A stretch of DNA of 64,000 bases from Octopus sinensis (Eukaryota): positions 57,598,001 to 57,662,000 of the forward strand of contig NC_043002.1 in assembly GCF_006345805.1 (NCBI RefSeq), written 5' to 3'. This document shows, in pieces, positions 1 through 13,892 of the stretch. The translations under genes were made by a program, and so were the position numbers. The notes beneath the pieces were generated by a model. That model was not told the origin of the DNA. It did not search any database and was given only the letters and a program-made list of their open reading frames with translations. How positions within the stretch are numbered: the stretch's first letter is position 1; each line of letters starts with the position of its first letter.

Positions 1-362
1 ACATACACACACATATATATATATGTAGATATGTATATATATATATATATTTGTATGTATATATATATATATGTATATACATATACACGTATGGGCGTGT
101 ATCTGCATATGTATATGTGTGTGTGTGTGCGTGTGTATATGTACACACACATATACACACGCGCGCACAAAACACACATATACATACACGCTCACACATA
201 TATGGGTGCAGGCGTGGCTTTGTGTTAAGAAACTCAAATCCTAACCAGATAGCTCCTGGTTGAGTCCTCCTGTGTGACACCTTGGGCAAGTGTCTTCTCC
301 TACGGCCCGGAGCCGACCAAGGCCTTGTGAGTGGATTATGTAGACGGAAACTGAGAACCTCG

Positions 363-404
<42 letters not shown>

Positions 405-699
405 GCACACACACACACACACACACACACATACATGTATGTATGTATGTATATATGTAGAGCTGTACATACATACAATACCGGTAGATTGGTATTACTA
501 TAGTAAATACCTCTGCATGCAGATGTGTATGAAGCAGTGATCTATATATGAGAACCACCGCGTATATATTATGCATGTCAGTGTACGTATGGGCTTGTGT
601 AAACCGTTGGATGGAGTTACCTCCCTTTATGTCTTAAGGCAATTTAGCCAATCTCTGACGTGGATAGGGTGAGCAGCTATCGATTAGGAGGATGTACTG

Positions 700-1161
<462 letters not shown>

Positions 1162-1213
1162 TTAGATGTTTGAGACAAACATGTCGATCAATATGAAAAT
1201 GTGTACATTTACT

Positions 1214-1402
1214 TTTAACACACTCTTGTGCATTGGAACGTGAAATGCATTCATCGCGGGATTTTGTCACGGAGAAACTATTCTTTCTAAAAAATTTTAA
1301 ACACAAACTTAACAGAGAAAAATATTTCTCATTCGAGTCAAAAGTCACGCGGCGAATGTATTTTTTTTCTTTTACGTTATTGTGTACAAGAGTGTGTTGA
1401 AA
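1214..1402. repeat. MITE-like foldback
   Basis: TTTAACACACTCTTGTGCA / TGTACAAGAGTGTGTTGAAA plus inner CATTCATCGCG..TTTTG / CAAAAG..CGCGGCGAATG. Confidence 0.65.
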
Positions 1403-1529
1403 TTAAAATGCCCACGTTTATATAAGTATATATGTATATGCATATGTGTGCATGTGTACGAGAATGTACGTATATGTTAGTATATATATATAAATGCACA
1501 CACGCACACACACACACACACACACACAC

Positions 1530-1770
1530 TAATTTGAAACTGACTTATTGGAAGTCCACCTGAAGATTGTCGATCAAGACAAGTAACAATTGTAGTGGCG
1601 GTTTTTTGACTATTTATTAAAATTTTATGTATTGATTAAGTCTTCCTTGTTTGTTTTGCAAATAGTGGTTTTGTCTCTAATAATATTTTATAATATTTTA
1701 CTATAAAATTGGATTTAATCCTAAATCTGATTTTTTCCCTGTAAATTTGGATTTATTCCCTAATATTTAT

Positions 1771-1790
<20 letters not shown>
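1530..1790 (+). mobile_element. PLE terminal-repeat fragment with hammerhead at 1556-1598
   Basis: CCAC-CUGAAGA-UUGUC(gaucaa)GACAA-GUAA-CAAUU-GUA^GUGG, with one GAAA-to-GUAA change. The 3' part (1710-1775) matches the reverse complement of 63250-63300. Ends at (TA)n. Confidence 0.7.
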
Positions 1791-1826
<36 letters not shown>

Positions 1827-4271
1827 CGCCTGTCATGAGTGCAGGAGATGTGGGTTTGTATCCCAGTGGCACCGTTCGACTTTCTATCCGAATAGGTTTT
1901 TACGACCCAATATTTCATATGCTATTATTTATAGCTTTATATGTACATCGAGATCCACTGTTCCAAAGAGGAATTGTTCGATGTTCTATCGAAAGTTTAT
2001 AAATTCTCATAGCGTTAACTCCGTCTCTCCCCCACTCTCTCCCCCTCTCCCCTCTCTCTCTCTATATATATGTATATATATATATAAAAATTTAAACACT
2101 CACCCACATACACACACATGCACACACACACACACACAAACACGTATGTTGACATACACACAAACACATATACATACAGACTCACGTACACACACACACA
2201 CGAGGCGTTGTTCTTCAAACCAGAGCATCGTTTCCTTGCCTTTACCCTCCCATGGACTCAGGCTCGCGTCTTCCTTAACCTTCAAAAGAACTCTTTTTAA
2301 AATACATTTTCTCCCGCAGCCGATATCCTATTTTGAGAGTTATTCTTTTATTCTTTTATTTGCTTCAATCATTGACTGCGGTCATGCTGGAGCAACGCCT
2401 TTAGTCGAGCAAATCGGACCCCGCGACTCAATCTTAGTAAGCCTAGTACTTATTCTATCTGTTTCTTTTACCGAACTGCCAAGTTACGGGGGCGTGAACA
2501 CACCAGCATCGGTTTCTTTCAACTCCCATCTACCAAATCCACTCACAAGGCTTGTTCGGCCCGAGGCTATAGTAGGAGACACTTGCCTAAAGTGCCACGC
2601 AGTGGGACTGAATCTGGAACCACACAGCCACGATGAATGCTATGGAATGGGTTGCAAGTAAAGTCGGGTTTATGGTTCTTCAGGAGGAATTGATGGCTTT
2701 GGATGTGTGCAGGCTCGGTTCTATCATCAGCCAGGATTCAGTTAAAGAATATCATTGTTATTAATGTAGTTATGTTGTTTTTATACCTCTTATCTGCTAG
2801 AACGTATTGAGAGTAAATCACGGTGTCATGGCTTCACGGCATGGACCAGCCTGTCGAATATTGTTATACATCGCTAGCCACAATGCGTTTTGCATCATTT
2901 TAACTTTCGAATGATGCCGCTCATCTGGTTTGGCAAGTAGGCCAACACTCCCCCCTGATCGGATGGTTACTCTATAGCTGAGTGAATTGGAAATTCGTGA
3001 AATGAACTGTTTTGCTCAAGGACACAACACTCCGACTGATTTGGGAATCGAACTTATGATCTATCGGTCGTCAGTGCACTACCCTAATTACTAAGTCACG
3101 TGCCTTCACTTTGAGAGTAAATTATAACGTTACTGTTTGAATTCTCATCGCACGACGTGCACTTCACGAATTATAATCAGTTTGGCAGCCATCGGCATGC
3201 ATTAGCAAATACTTCGCTTGCTGCTTTCTATAAACTAGAACCTTTACTCCGACCAGTTCTGTCAGTCCGTTGGGATGGATTTGACTGATGAGAAACACAA
3301 TAATGTCGAAACATTGCACTGTTTAAAGGTTTCCTCACATCAATAAATCAACTGTGTTCAGAAAACATCGTTTAAAGACAGAAGGTGTGTTATGATGCCC
3401 CCAAACAACATCGATCAGCATATTCATGTCAGAATCAACCTGAACACATTGAGAATGAACGGATACGTTTTAGTTTGGATTCTTATTGTTTTGCGTGCAC
3501 CTCATCAATCATTTTGGCAGACAGAAGCATGCTTCAGCAAAAAATTTGTTTACTGATTTCTGAGAACAAGTCATGATTCTTCTTAGATTCATTAATATAG
3601 AAGATTTGATTGAAGTGATACAAAATCAGCCTGGAACATTACAGTGTTTTAAGGTCCCATACTATCAATAGATCGAGTGTGTTATGAACTCGTATCTTTA
3701 GAGAGAGGAGGTGTTCTCCAGCGACGAAACACACCAGCGATTAGCATATTCACGTTAGAATGTGGCAGAACGAATTGGGAGTGTGTACGTCATTGTCTTG
3801 CTTCTCGCTATTCTGTAATACAGGCGATAAATTATATATATGTGTATGTGTGTGTGTGTAACTGTGTGTGTGTGTGTGTATGTGTGTATGTGTGTGTGTG
3901 TGGGGGGGGCGCAATCATAGATGCACACAGATATAGACAGGTATGCACACAGACAGATTTGCATGTGTACATATGCACATACCAATGTATACATTTATCA
4001 CACAGACATACACGCATATAAAGCTCCTCCGTCTCTGTCCGTGAATATATATATATATATATATATGTATATGTATGTGTGTGTGTATGTATCTATGTAT
4101 ATATGTATGTGTGTGTGTATGTTTGTATGTATATATTAATATATTCGCTCCATTATACAAATATGTTCATCCAAACGTTTTCCTGATTTATAAATATGTA
4201 TAAAGAATATATCCTTTTGTGTATATGAATGTATGAATATAAATACACACATACATATAATATATGTGTTT

Positions 4272-4325
<54 letters not shown>

Positions 4326-4439
4326 ATGAGTTCATAAGCCAGCGGCGATGAAGGCAACATCTTGCTGCTGGTATAGTTGCTGTCGGTGCTACCGCTAAGA
4401 ACGACGATGTTCAGGACATTTCTACAACCACAGAAGATA

Positions 4440-4465
4440 ATAATATTAATAATAATAATAATAAT

Positions 4466-4507
<42 letters not shown>

Positions 4508-4700
4508 TAATAATAATGATAGTAATAATAATAATAATAACAACAATAGCAAAGCAACAACAACAACAACGACAACAACAACAACAGCAATAATAATAAT
4601 AATAATAATAATGATAATAATAATAATAATAGCAACAACAACAACAACGACAACAACAACAACAACAACACCACCACCAACAACAACAACTATAATGAGA

Positions 4701-4752
<52 letters not shown>
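4440..4752. repeat. Compound (TAA)n/(CAA)n microsatellite
   Basis: Directly visible; produces the poly-L/V/I/Y ORF artefacts. Confidence 0.97.
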
Positions 4753-4753
<1 letters not shown>

Positions 4754-5574
4754 TGATTGAGAAAGTTGTTGGTGATATTGTTGCGCTCTACGATTCAGCA
4801 TTGCTATTCTTGGCATTTCCATTTAATAACGCCATTACTAACACAATATGCATCATAATACTATTATTTCAGCCGAAATATAAAATTGAATTTGTTAATG
4901 TTTTCCCTCCGCCCTTACACTTCCCCCCCCCCACCATCACACATACACACATATATTCTCCTCCGCCATCCTTATCTTGAATGACTGACTTGATAATATT
5001 TTCGCAATTTTTATTTGGTTCTGCTATTTAGTTTGATTTTATATGTGTCGTCCGATTGGGGGAAATTTCAATGTTTTTTCATCAACATAATAACAGATAT
5101 ACCGAAACCTATTTTAGCGGAATATCTATAGAATATTTGAACAAAGGTTACCTTTATATTGTCATTCTATTCTAAAATTATACAGAAGACACGATTTTCG
5201 GTTCGTTTATTCTTTCTCCTCTTTTACTAGTTTTTCTCATGCTAGAACACAACTCTACTGAGGGAGTCGAACAATTTTTAAGCTATGGTATTTATTCTAG
5301 AGAAGCTAATTTGCCGAACCGCTATGTCACGCGACCGCAAACAAACCTACACAGGTTAGCTACCATTAGGTAGAACAGGGACGCTGAAAAAAGGAAGGGA
5401 AAACGTCTTTATTTTTCGGATGGGTACGCGTGTGCGTGCCAGCAATTGTCTGTTTCCAATGGAACAACATTAATACACTTCTGGTTTCGTATTCATGACC
5501 GAAGGAACTGTGCATTGACTAGATTTTTTTTCATAAAGAAGAAAACAGCTGCATAACGGCTGTTGATTTCAACA

Positions 5575-6045
5575 ATTATTGTTATATATTTTTTCTAAAT
5601 TTTAGAGATGAGGAATTATGTACATTGTTTACAGTGGATGGAAAGGTACCCTCATCTTTTTTGTTGTTACCACAACGTTTCGGCTGATGTGCTCTCCAGC
5701 CTTCATCAAATGTTCTGTGGGGTACTCTGTTCTCATTCCGAAGGTATGTTGTTATTTTCTCGTTGATATTATTTTTTAAGAGTGCGGGCTATTAACCCAC
5801 GGATTCTAAGTTCAATTCCTGGTAGGGACTTGAAAATTAATATCAACCGAAAAATAACACCAATAACATATCTTAGGAATGAGAGCAGTGTCCCCATTAG
5901 TGAAATAAAGGGTTGGGTTCGAAATTCCATCAGAACACTTGATGAAGGCTGGTGGGTATATCAGCCCAAACGTTGTGATAACAACAAACAAGGTGAGGAC
6001 ACCTCTCTATCCATTGTAAATAATATCAACAGTTACTTACGTGAG
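5575..6045. mobile_element. Head-to-head pair of the tRNA-hammerhead repeat
   Basis: 5575-5775 (minus) and 5776-6045 (plus) both align to 50985-51240. Each has a degenerate hammerhead (5669-5714 minus; 5934-5979 plus) with core UUGAUGA. Confidence 0.75.
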
Positions 6046-6099
6046 GTATAAATGGAGGATTTATGCTGTGACCCGTTAAAGATCAGGGGCCCACTTTTG

Positions 6100-6290
6100 A
6101 ATCGTTGAAATCGAGACCGACAAGATTGCTTTTGAGGAGAATGTTACCTAAACAGTCAGTCTTCGGCAGTGTGAGTTGCGAAAAACGAGAGGTATTTCTT
6201 TATGCTGTACCTATACCGGATCGTAACACACTGAAAGAGTGCATTCGATATCAAAAACTACCGGGAACAATAGAACGGGGAATTTGCAAG
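6100..6290 (+). mobile_element. Merlin transposase fragment
   Basis: KQSVFGSVSCEKREVFLYAVPIPDRNTLKECIRYQKLPGT aligns with the transposase at 25045-25365. Confidence 0.7.
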
Positions 6291-7056
6291 ATGGGATCCA
6301 CACTGAATCGCCCTTTGCATCAATTGGCTGTCTGGTATCTCAAGAACGTGGTAATATACCCGCCGCAAGTCGTTACAACTTTCAGTAAGTCAATAACGAA
6401 CCCTTCCGATTGGCTAGAATTAGAGGCTTGTGACATTTTCATTATTAATCTCCTGAAGAAATGAACGTAATTTTCGTCCTCAACATGCAAGACTATGTCA
6501 GCGTTGAAAATATGAAAAAGGTATGTTTATTTTAAAAAAGCCTTCTGGTGGTTATAAAAATTTTTAACAAATCCTTAGATCGACTTTGCCTTTCGTCTTT
6601 TATCATTTTTGATGAAATACTTGGCAGCATTTCGTCCGTCTTTACGTTCTGAGTTCTAATTCCACCGAGGTTTACTTTATCTTTCATTCTCTCGCGGTCG
6701 ATAAAATAATTACCACTACTTCCCGCAAAAACTGAAAGCCTTGTGCCAAAATTTTGAAAATATCGTCCTTATTATTGTTGTTTTTGTGTTTGTGGTTGTT
6801 GTTCGTTGTACTAACACTATGTACTTGAGTGCTTTGCGCAAATAATTTCGTTTATTTCTATATCGAGACACATTTTCAATGTCAATATTTATTATATAGC
6901 TTTTGTTCCGCTAAACAAGACCCCTACAGGTTAGTTAGCGCTCTTGTTTCTTGCCCTTTTCGAGCAAAGATTTGAATAAAATTCTGAAAGTTTTTGTTTT
7001 CGAAAACATAAATTTAGAAGATGGCGGCTTCTTTAACTGCCAACGAGGTGGGGAGA

Positions 7057-7106
<50 letters not shown>

Positions 7107-7119
7107 CATATATATATAT

Positions 7120-8585
7120 TTTAAGACTGAGACAGGTATAAGAGAATTGGAAACGATTCCTAGACGATTGTTTCATTCTCTGGAATGAAAACATAGATAA
7201 ACTCCTAAAATTTAAAAACCTATTGAACAGCATAAACCCAAATATACAGTTCACAATGGAATACAACCAAAAGGAGCTCCCGTTCTTGGATATACTAATT
7301 AAAAAAATTAACCTTAAAATAGAAACAGACATTTTTTACAAAGCCACAGACGCCAAACAATACCTTCTTTTTAATTCATGCCACCCAAGACACACTAAAA
7401 CAAACATCCCCTTCAACCTTGCAAGAAGGATATGCACAATAGTGTCAGAACAAAATACCAGAAACTTTAGACTGCAAGAACTCAAAAACACCCTAATTGA
7501 CAGACATTACCCAGCTCAACTCATAGAGGATGGGATCAGACGTGCAACAGAAATCAACATAGAAACTTTAAGAAAAGTTCAACACAACAACACACCTTCC
7601 CCGAAAATACTACCTTACATATCTACATACAACCCCAGAAACAAAGAAGCCTTCACCATCATCACCCAGAATTTACCAATACTTCATAAAAACCCAAAAT
7701 TAAAGGAAATTCTAAACATACACCAAATCATTAAAAGCTACAAACAGCCTAAATCACTTAAAAAGATTCTCACAAAGGCAAAATTGTCTTCTAAAATTAC
7801 GGATGCAAAAGTTAAAAAATGTGGTAGATCGAACTGTGCAACATGTCCTAACCTATTGGAAGGATCAGAATTCTTCTTTAAAGAGGGACAGAAATTTAAG
7901 ATCAAATCTAACTTTACTTGTGCCTCTGAAAACATAATTTATGTTATTAAATGCTCGGGCTGCCACCAAGACTACGTGGGTTCCACGGGACTATCACTCA
8001 GGCGCAGATGCACACTGCATCGACAACAGATTGCATTCCCAGAATATAGAATGATACCTTTTAGTGAGCACATCGAGAAATGCGCAAAAGCAACTACTGC
8101 CACAATTTTTAATCTTCCCATTTTACCAATGCGCTTTCGGATCATCAACACAAATGAGACTGAACAAGGAAACATTCTTCATTGAAAAGTACAAACCAGA
8201 CTCAACCATCCGAACATACTGACACAGAGATATTACAAGGAAATGGGAAAAAAAATTTTTTAAGCGATTATCTCCCCTACACCGGAAAAAAATCACTCAC
8301 TACCTCCCCTTATTTAGAAATCTCCTGGAAATAAAAACAACGATAATTCCATACAATATAAACATAACGTCACAAGAAATTTGAAAAGCTACACGCGAAA
8401 CCGGTAATTTCTTAAAAATTTTAAAATTATGTCATTTTAAGGAAAGGAAAAAAAATTTTTCCAATATTCTCCAGACATTTGACACAAAATATATATATTT
8501 TTTAACATTTAAGCCTTCTGTCGTTTTTTCAACACTTTACTATTTTCTTATATATTCACCCACGTGCTTTACCAAACAAACTTTC
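7120..8585 (+). mobile_element. 5'-truncated Penelope-like element (Neptune-like): RT C-terminus + GIY-YIG + 3' UTR
   Basis: Frame 7142-8185 contains WKRFLDDCF, FLDILI, CGRSNCATC and NIIYVIKCSGCHQDYVGSTG..R...HRQQI. A frameshift near 8105 restores IFPFY..KETFFIEKYKP. Microsatellites lie on both flanks. Confidence 0.9.
8374..8413 (+). ncRNA. Minimal hammerhead with a U3/A8 variant core
   Basis: AAGAAAU-UUGAAAA-GC(uacac)GC-GAAA-CCG-GUA^AUUUCUU: 7-bp stem I and palindromic stem III (ACCGGU). Confidence 0.65.
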
Positions 8586-8628
8586 TTATCTATATATATA
8601 TATATATATATATATTGTGTGCGTGTGT

Positions 8629-8670
<42 letters not shown>

Positions 8671-9034
8671 AGTGGTAAGTGATTTTTTAGCGGTGGAAAT
8701 AGCTAGCTGTGAGTTTCATCTCAGTCAATGAACGATGATTTCAAAGTATAAAGACTAAAATGGTAGATCATAGCTGATGCGACGTGGGATGCAGCAGCAA
8801 CAACAAGGACAACAACCATAACAACAACAGCGGCATCAGCAGCACCACCAATAACAGCAACAAAAATGAGTCCTATTGCCATAATACTACAACAAAATAC
8901 CGAACTAATAGAACAACATCCGCCATATCATATCGTGGTGTCGAGTCTGTCCCGCAGTTAGCAATAGCAGCAACTTAAACGACAAGTACAACAATAACAG
9001 AAGTAAGCAACAAGGGATACACCAGACTTAGCAG

Positions 9035-9199
9035 AAGAAGCAGCACCACCACCACCACCACCGCCACCAGCAGCAGTAGCACCACCATCACCACCACCAC
9101 TACCACCATCACCACCACCGCCGCCGCCACCAGCACCACCAACACCACTATCGCTAGCACCACCATAAACACCAGCACTACCAGCACCCCCCCACCAGC

Positions 9200-9230
<31 letters not shown>

Positions 9231-9465
9231 CCACCACGGCAGTAACCACGCCACGGCAGTCACCACACTACCACCACCGCCACCATCACCACACCACCAG
9301 CGCCAGCACCTGCACCACCACTACCACCACCACCACTACCATCCCTACCGCCACCACGGCCACCACCGTCGCCATTACCACCACCGCCGCTGCCACCATC
9401 ACCACCAGTACCACCACCAGCACCGACGCAGTCACCGCTACCACCACCACCACCAACACTTCCAC
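9035..9465. repeat. Degenerate GC-rich (CCA)n/(CCG)n trinucleotide tract
   Basis: Directly visible; continues a (CAA/CAG)n tract from about 8790. Confidence 0.92.
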
Positions 9466-9604
9466 CACTTTATTTCTCATTACTCCAGTCCACTCAGCCG
9501 TAAATGAGTACACCCTGCAATAAACCGGCGTCCCATACAGAAGAGAAAAGCTGTCATCTCGGTCATTTTCACGCCATTGAAACCGGATGACTGCTCTTAA
9601 GAAT

Positions 9605-9965
9605 CTCAGAACTTATCTTTTTACTTATTTCAATCATTTGACTGTGGCCATACTGGAGCATCGCCTTGAAGGATTTGTTCGAAAGAATCGGTCCCAGTGC
9701 TTCTTATTCTTTAAAGCCTGATACTTCTCCGAACTGCTAACTCACAGGGACGTAAACACATCAATACCGGTTGACAAAGAGTGATGGGGAACGAACACTA
9801 AAACAATGACACACACACACATGCACACACATGTATGTATATACGTTGGCTTCTTTTAGTTTCCGTCCACCAGATCTACTCAATAGGTTCCGAAGCTATC
9901 GTAGAAGAAACTTGCCTAAGTGCCACGAAGTGGGACTGAACCTTGAATCACGTGTTTGGGAAGAT
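9605..9965 (-). mobile_element. SINE family A copy
   Basis: Reverse-complement match to 12451-12831. Further copies or fragments: 205-365 (+), 2350-2630, 5270-5350, 18690-19045, 28915-29055, 30220-30420, 35950-36090 (all minus). Confidence 0.75.
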
Positions 9966-10619
9966 GTCCCTTACCCCACAATCACCCACGCGCCTGTGTA
10001 TGTAAGCGTTTATATAAATATCTATATAAATGTATGTACAACACACACACACACACACACACATACACACGCACATATACATACGTACATACATACACTT
10101 TAGATTTGTAAATCTTTGTCCAGTCTGGAAAAACATCATTTCACATGATGTTCCAAATATCATGGTACGTTTTTTATCGCATCAGTCGTATATGTTAAAC
10201 ATTCAAGTTATATCACATGTTTTATGTCTACAAATATATGTATGCGAATGTATATCTATGATTTTGTGTAAGTACGTTTGTATGTGTGAGTGTATGTGTG
10301 TGTGTGTTAGAGCGCGTTTTAAGGTGATGAAGGTAAGTAAGCATATTGTTACAATCCAATAACATGTTGCATGCTTCCTTTCTAAATAACATGGTGTCAT
10401 TCATTCAATCTTCAATAATGACCTTAATTTCCTTAATCCTAGTAAATAAATAAGTAAATACGTAATTACAGCTATAGAATACGTTGCTTACAATATCAGG
10501 AGCTATTTTCAATATTTTCCTTCTTTCTACGTATCAACGGTTGAATCTTTAAGTTTGCACACGTTGCATGGCATACATATGTACACATGCTTATATATGT
10601 ATATATATATATATATATA

Positions 10620-10688
<69 letters not shown>

Positions 10689-10789
10689 TATTATATATAT
10701 ATATATATATACATATATATATACATGTATATATATATATATATATACATGTATATATATATATATATGCATATATATATACATTATAT

Positions 10790-10843
<54 letters not shown>

Positions 10844-11458
10844 GCATGTAAGTATTTACATATAAATGAATATGTACATATATATATATATATATTTGTG
10901 TAAATAAGCACATACACAAACTTGTACATAAACATGCATACATATAAATTTTCATGTATATATGTATCTATCTATATAGACGATGTGTGTGCGTGTGTGT
11001 GTGTGTGCATGTGTGCGTGAATCTGTGTATTTATGTATATCTGCATGCATGCATATATTTACATATATACTGATACAATTCTGTACTACAACGTGATTTT
11101 TGCATTTCTTCAATCACGATATTTGTAGAAAGAGTTAAGGAATAAGATTAAATATCAAACCTTTTTAAGTCCAGTATTATACAGGAGAGAACGATTTCGC
11201 ATTAGTGAGTGAGCTATGACCGGTTCAGGCTTTTTGAATATAAACGTTTCTAATGCTAATTTATATTTATTTCGCTTCGGTATTCTATTCTTAGCTAATA
11301 ATTAAATTCTGAATTCCGATAATACATTTATGCATTTTAGAATTTGTAATGATATATTTATATAATTTATTTCCAATATATTTACAAATAGATACAGAAA
11401 TCTAGAAACACGTAAAATTAATAAATTACATTTGCCTTTGATGAAATACATCGAGAAC

Positions 11459-11537
<79 letters not shown>

Positions 11538-11562
11538 TATATATACGCACACACGTCTGTCT

Positions 11563-11642
<80 letters not shown>

Positions 11643-12450
11643 ATCTATCTATCCCCTCTCATTTTCTCCCTCTCTCTCTATATATATATATATATACACA
11701 TATATATTTATATATATATGTTTACGGAGGGTAGAAAATGGAGTATTTCCAATGCAGCATTCAATTTGAGCTTTACGGATTATAGTCTTCCGGAAGATCG
11801 AAATTCTTCAGGTGATGAAAATCCAAGTGTCACAACGGTGAAACCGTTGTGTGGGTTTAGCGAAGGGTAAAATATGCTCAGAATAAGATTTTTAAAAAAT
11901 GAGTTTATCTCATCTTTAATGACGAGTTACAATTGTTTCTGTACTAACTCTGCTTTCAACGCCACGTCATGCAAGAAATTCAACTTCATGCAACAAATTC
12001 AACAAAGGTGATGAGAGTGGGCGGGTGGGGGGATGTAAGTGTGAAGAATGGCTGGATGGAAGTGAGATGAGTCTAACCGGCCGTGAGGAGTCGAGTCCCA
12101 GGAAGAACGATCTCTGTCAACAAAACAGAGTGATAATACCTTTTGAGTGAACGTTATCGATATAGGAGATAAGAGATTAGCGAAGCTTGTAAGAGAACTT
12201 CGATAGGAGAATCGCATGTCAGTCACGATGAAAAACGTTTTTGACACACAAATACATACATACTATATAACATACATACGTATAAGTTTAGGTTGTTGGA
12301 TAAACAGATTAACAGGTACATAACTAGATAAACAGTTTGGATTTCCAAAGCTCTTGAAGCCATGAATTGAGTATTTATAGACAAAGAATTTGGAAATGAT
12401 TCCGATTATGAAAATTGCATTGAACAGGTTCACTCTCCAACTAACTATTA

Positions 12451-12831
12451 GCTGTGGTAAGTAGCTTGCTTACCAACCACATGATCCCGAGTTCAGTCCC
12501 ACTGCGTGGCACGTTGGGCAAGTTTCTTCTGCTATAGCTTTGGGCCGACCAAAGCCTTGTTAGTGTATTTGGTAGACGGAAACTGGAAGAATCCCGTCGT
12601 ATATGCATATATATGTATATGTGTGTGTGTATGTGTTTGTGTCTGTTTGTCCCCCCAGCATCACTTGACAATCGATGCTGGCGTGTTTACGTCCCTGCAA
12701 CTTAGCGGTTCAGTAGAAGAGAATAAGTACTAGGCTTACAAAGAATAAGCTCTGGGGTCGATTTGCTCGACTAAATGCAGTACTCCAGCATGGCTGCAGT
12801 CAAATGACTGAAACAAGTAAAAGAATAAAAG
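12451..12831 (+). mobile_element. Full copy of the tRNA-derived, CORE-like SINE with internal microsatellite (family A)
   Basis: Head ..TGTGGTAAG..GAGTTCAGTCCC, core GGCAC(G/C)TTGGGCAAG, internal (TA)/(TG), tail ..CAGCATGGCTGCAGTCAAATGACTGAAAC. Confidence 0.8.
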
Positions 12832-13832
12832 CATAACACAAGTTTATTTTAAATTTTTTTCAGAGAAATGTTCAAAAATTTGTGTCCGGCTTTGTTTTTC
12901 TCATGTTGCAGCCATTAATCTTGTAATTCTGGGTGTTGGATCAATCGGACTGAATGCCTTTCGGTAAAACTACGTATTTATTAGTATTGCTTCACTTAAC
13001 CCTTCGGATCATTAAACCAGTTAGTCTCTAAATGAGAGATTCTGAGACGAGAGATGGAAATAAACACATTTATATGATACAGAATGGCCAGGTCAGACTG
13101 TCCAATATAATGAGATAATAAAAGCGACTTCACCGTTCCTTTAGAGGTAAGAGAACGGAAGCATTGAAATGGAAATGCTTTGGAGAGATACACAACATTA
13201 AGCATAAACAAGTTGTCGATTCTTCGCTCATTAAGCCACAGCCCTGATCTCTGAATTAGGAGGAATTTTTCTAGGAAAGGTTTTTCTAAAAAATCAATTC
13301 AATGATTTGCCTGTTTCATTCTTGTGGAAAAAATTCAATGAATGATATCAGGTAGAGTCTGAAAGACAACTACAAAACCAATCTTTCGAAGGCAAACTAA
13401 AAGAGAAATCTTCCACAAAAGTATTTACAGAAGAAAGCAAACATGTGAGCCGTTGAGGGTTTCTTTTTTTCTACTTTTCTCATTATCAATAGACTCGTCT
13501 TGTAAAAGAAGTCGAGAGGGTAGAAAGGAACAGAATTAAAACTGAATTACGACTGGATTGCTTATCGAGGCATTTGTATGATAGGAGATATAGATAAGAT
13601 TATTTCTTCACAAAGCGAGGAAGTCGTAAGTCACCAGCACAATATTTCAGTGCAGATCCATATTGAAAAGGGAAGCAATTCTGGAGAATATCCTAAGTGA
13701 AGAAATTTTACAATGCTATATAGAGAAGGCTATTTTTAGTTGAAATATAGAAATATTTTATGAAAAGTGAGTGTACAAAATGTCTAACACAAATCTGAAC
13801 GCAATGTTTTATACATACATACATACATACAT

Positions 13833-13872
<40 letters not shown>

Positions 13873-13892
13873 ACACACACACACATATATAT

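Noticed and set aside
3283-3320. CTGATGA...GAAAC hammerhead-like string
   Set aside because: Stems I and III cannot be paired convincingly.
8958-9513. Gly/Ala/Val-rich ORFs suggesting a structural protein
   Set aside because: They come from a degenerate (CCA)n tract embedded between repeats, with no splice or domain support.
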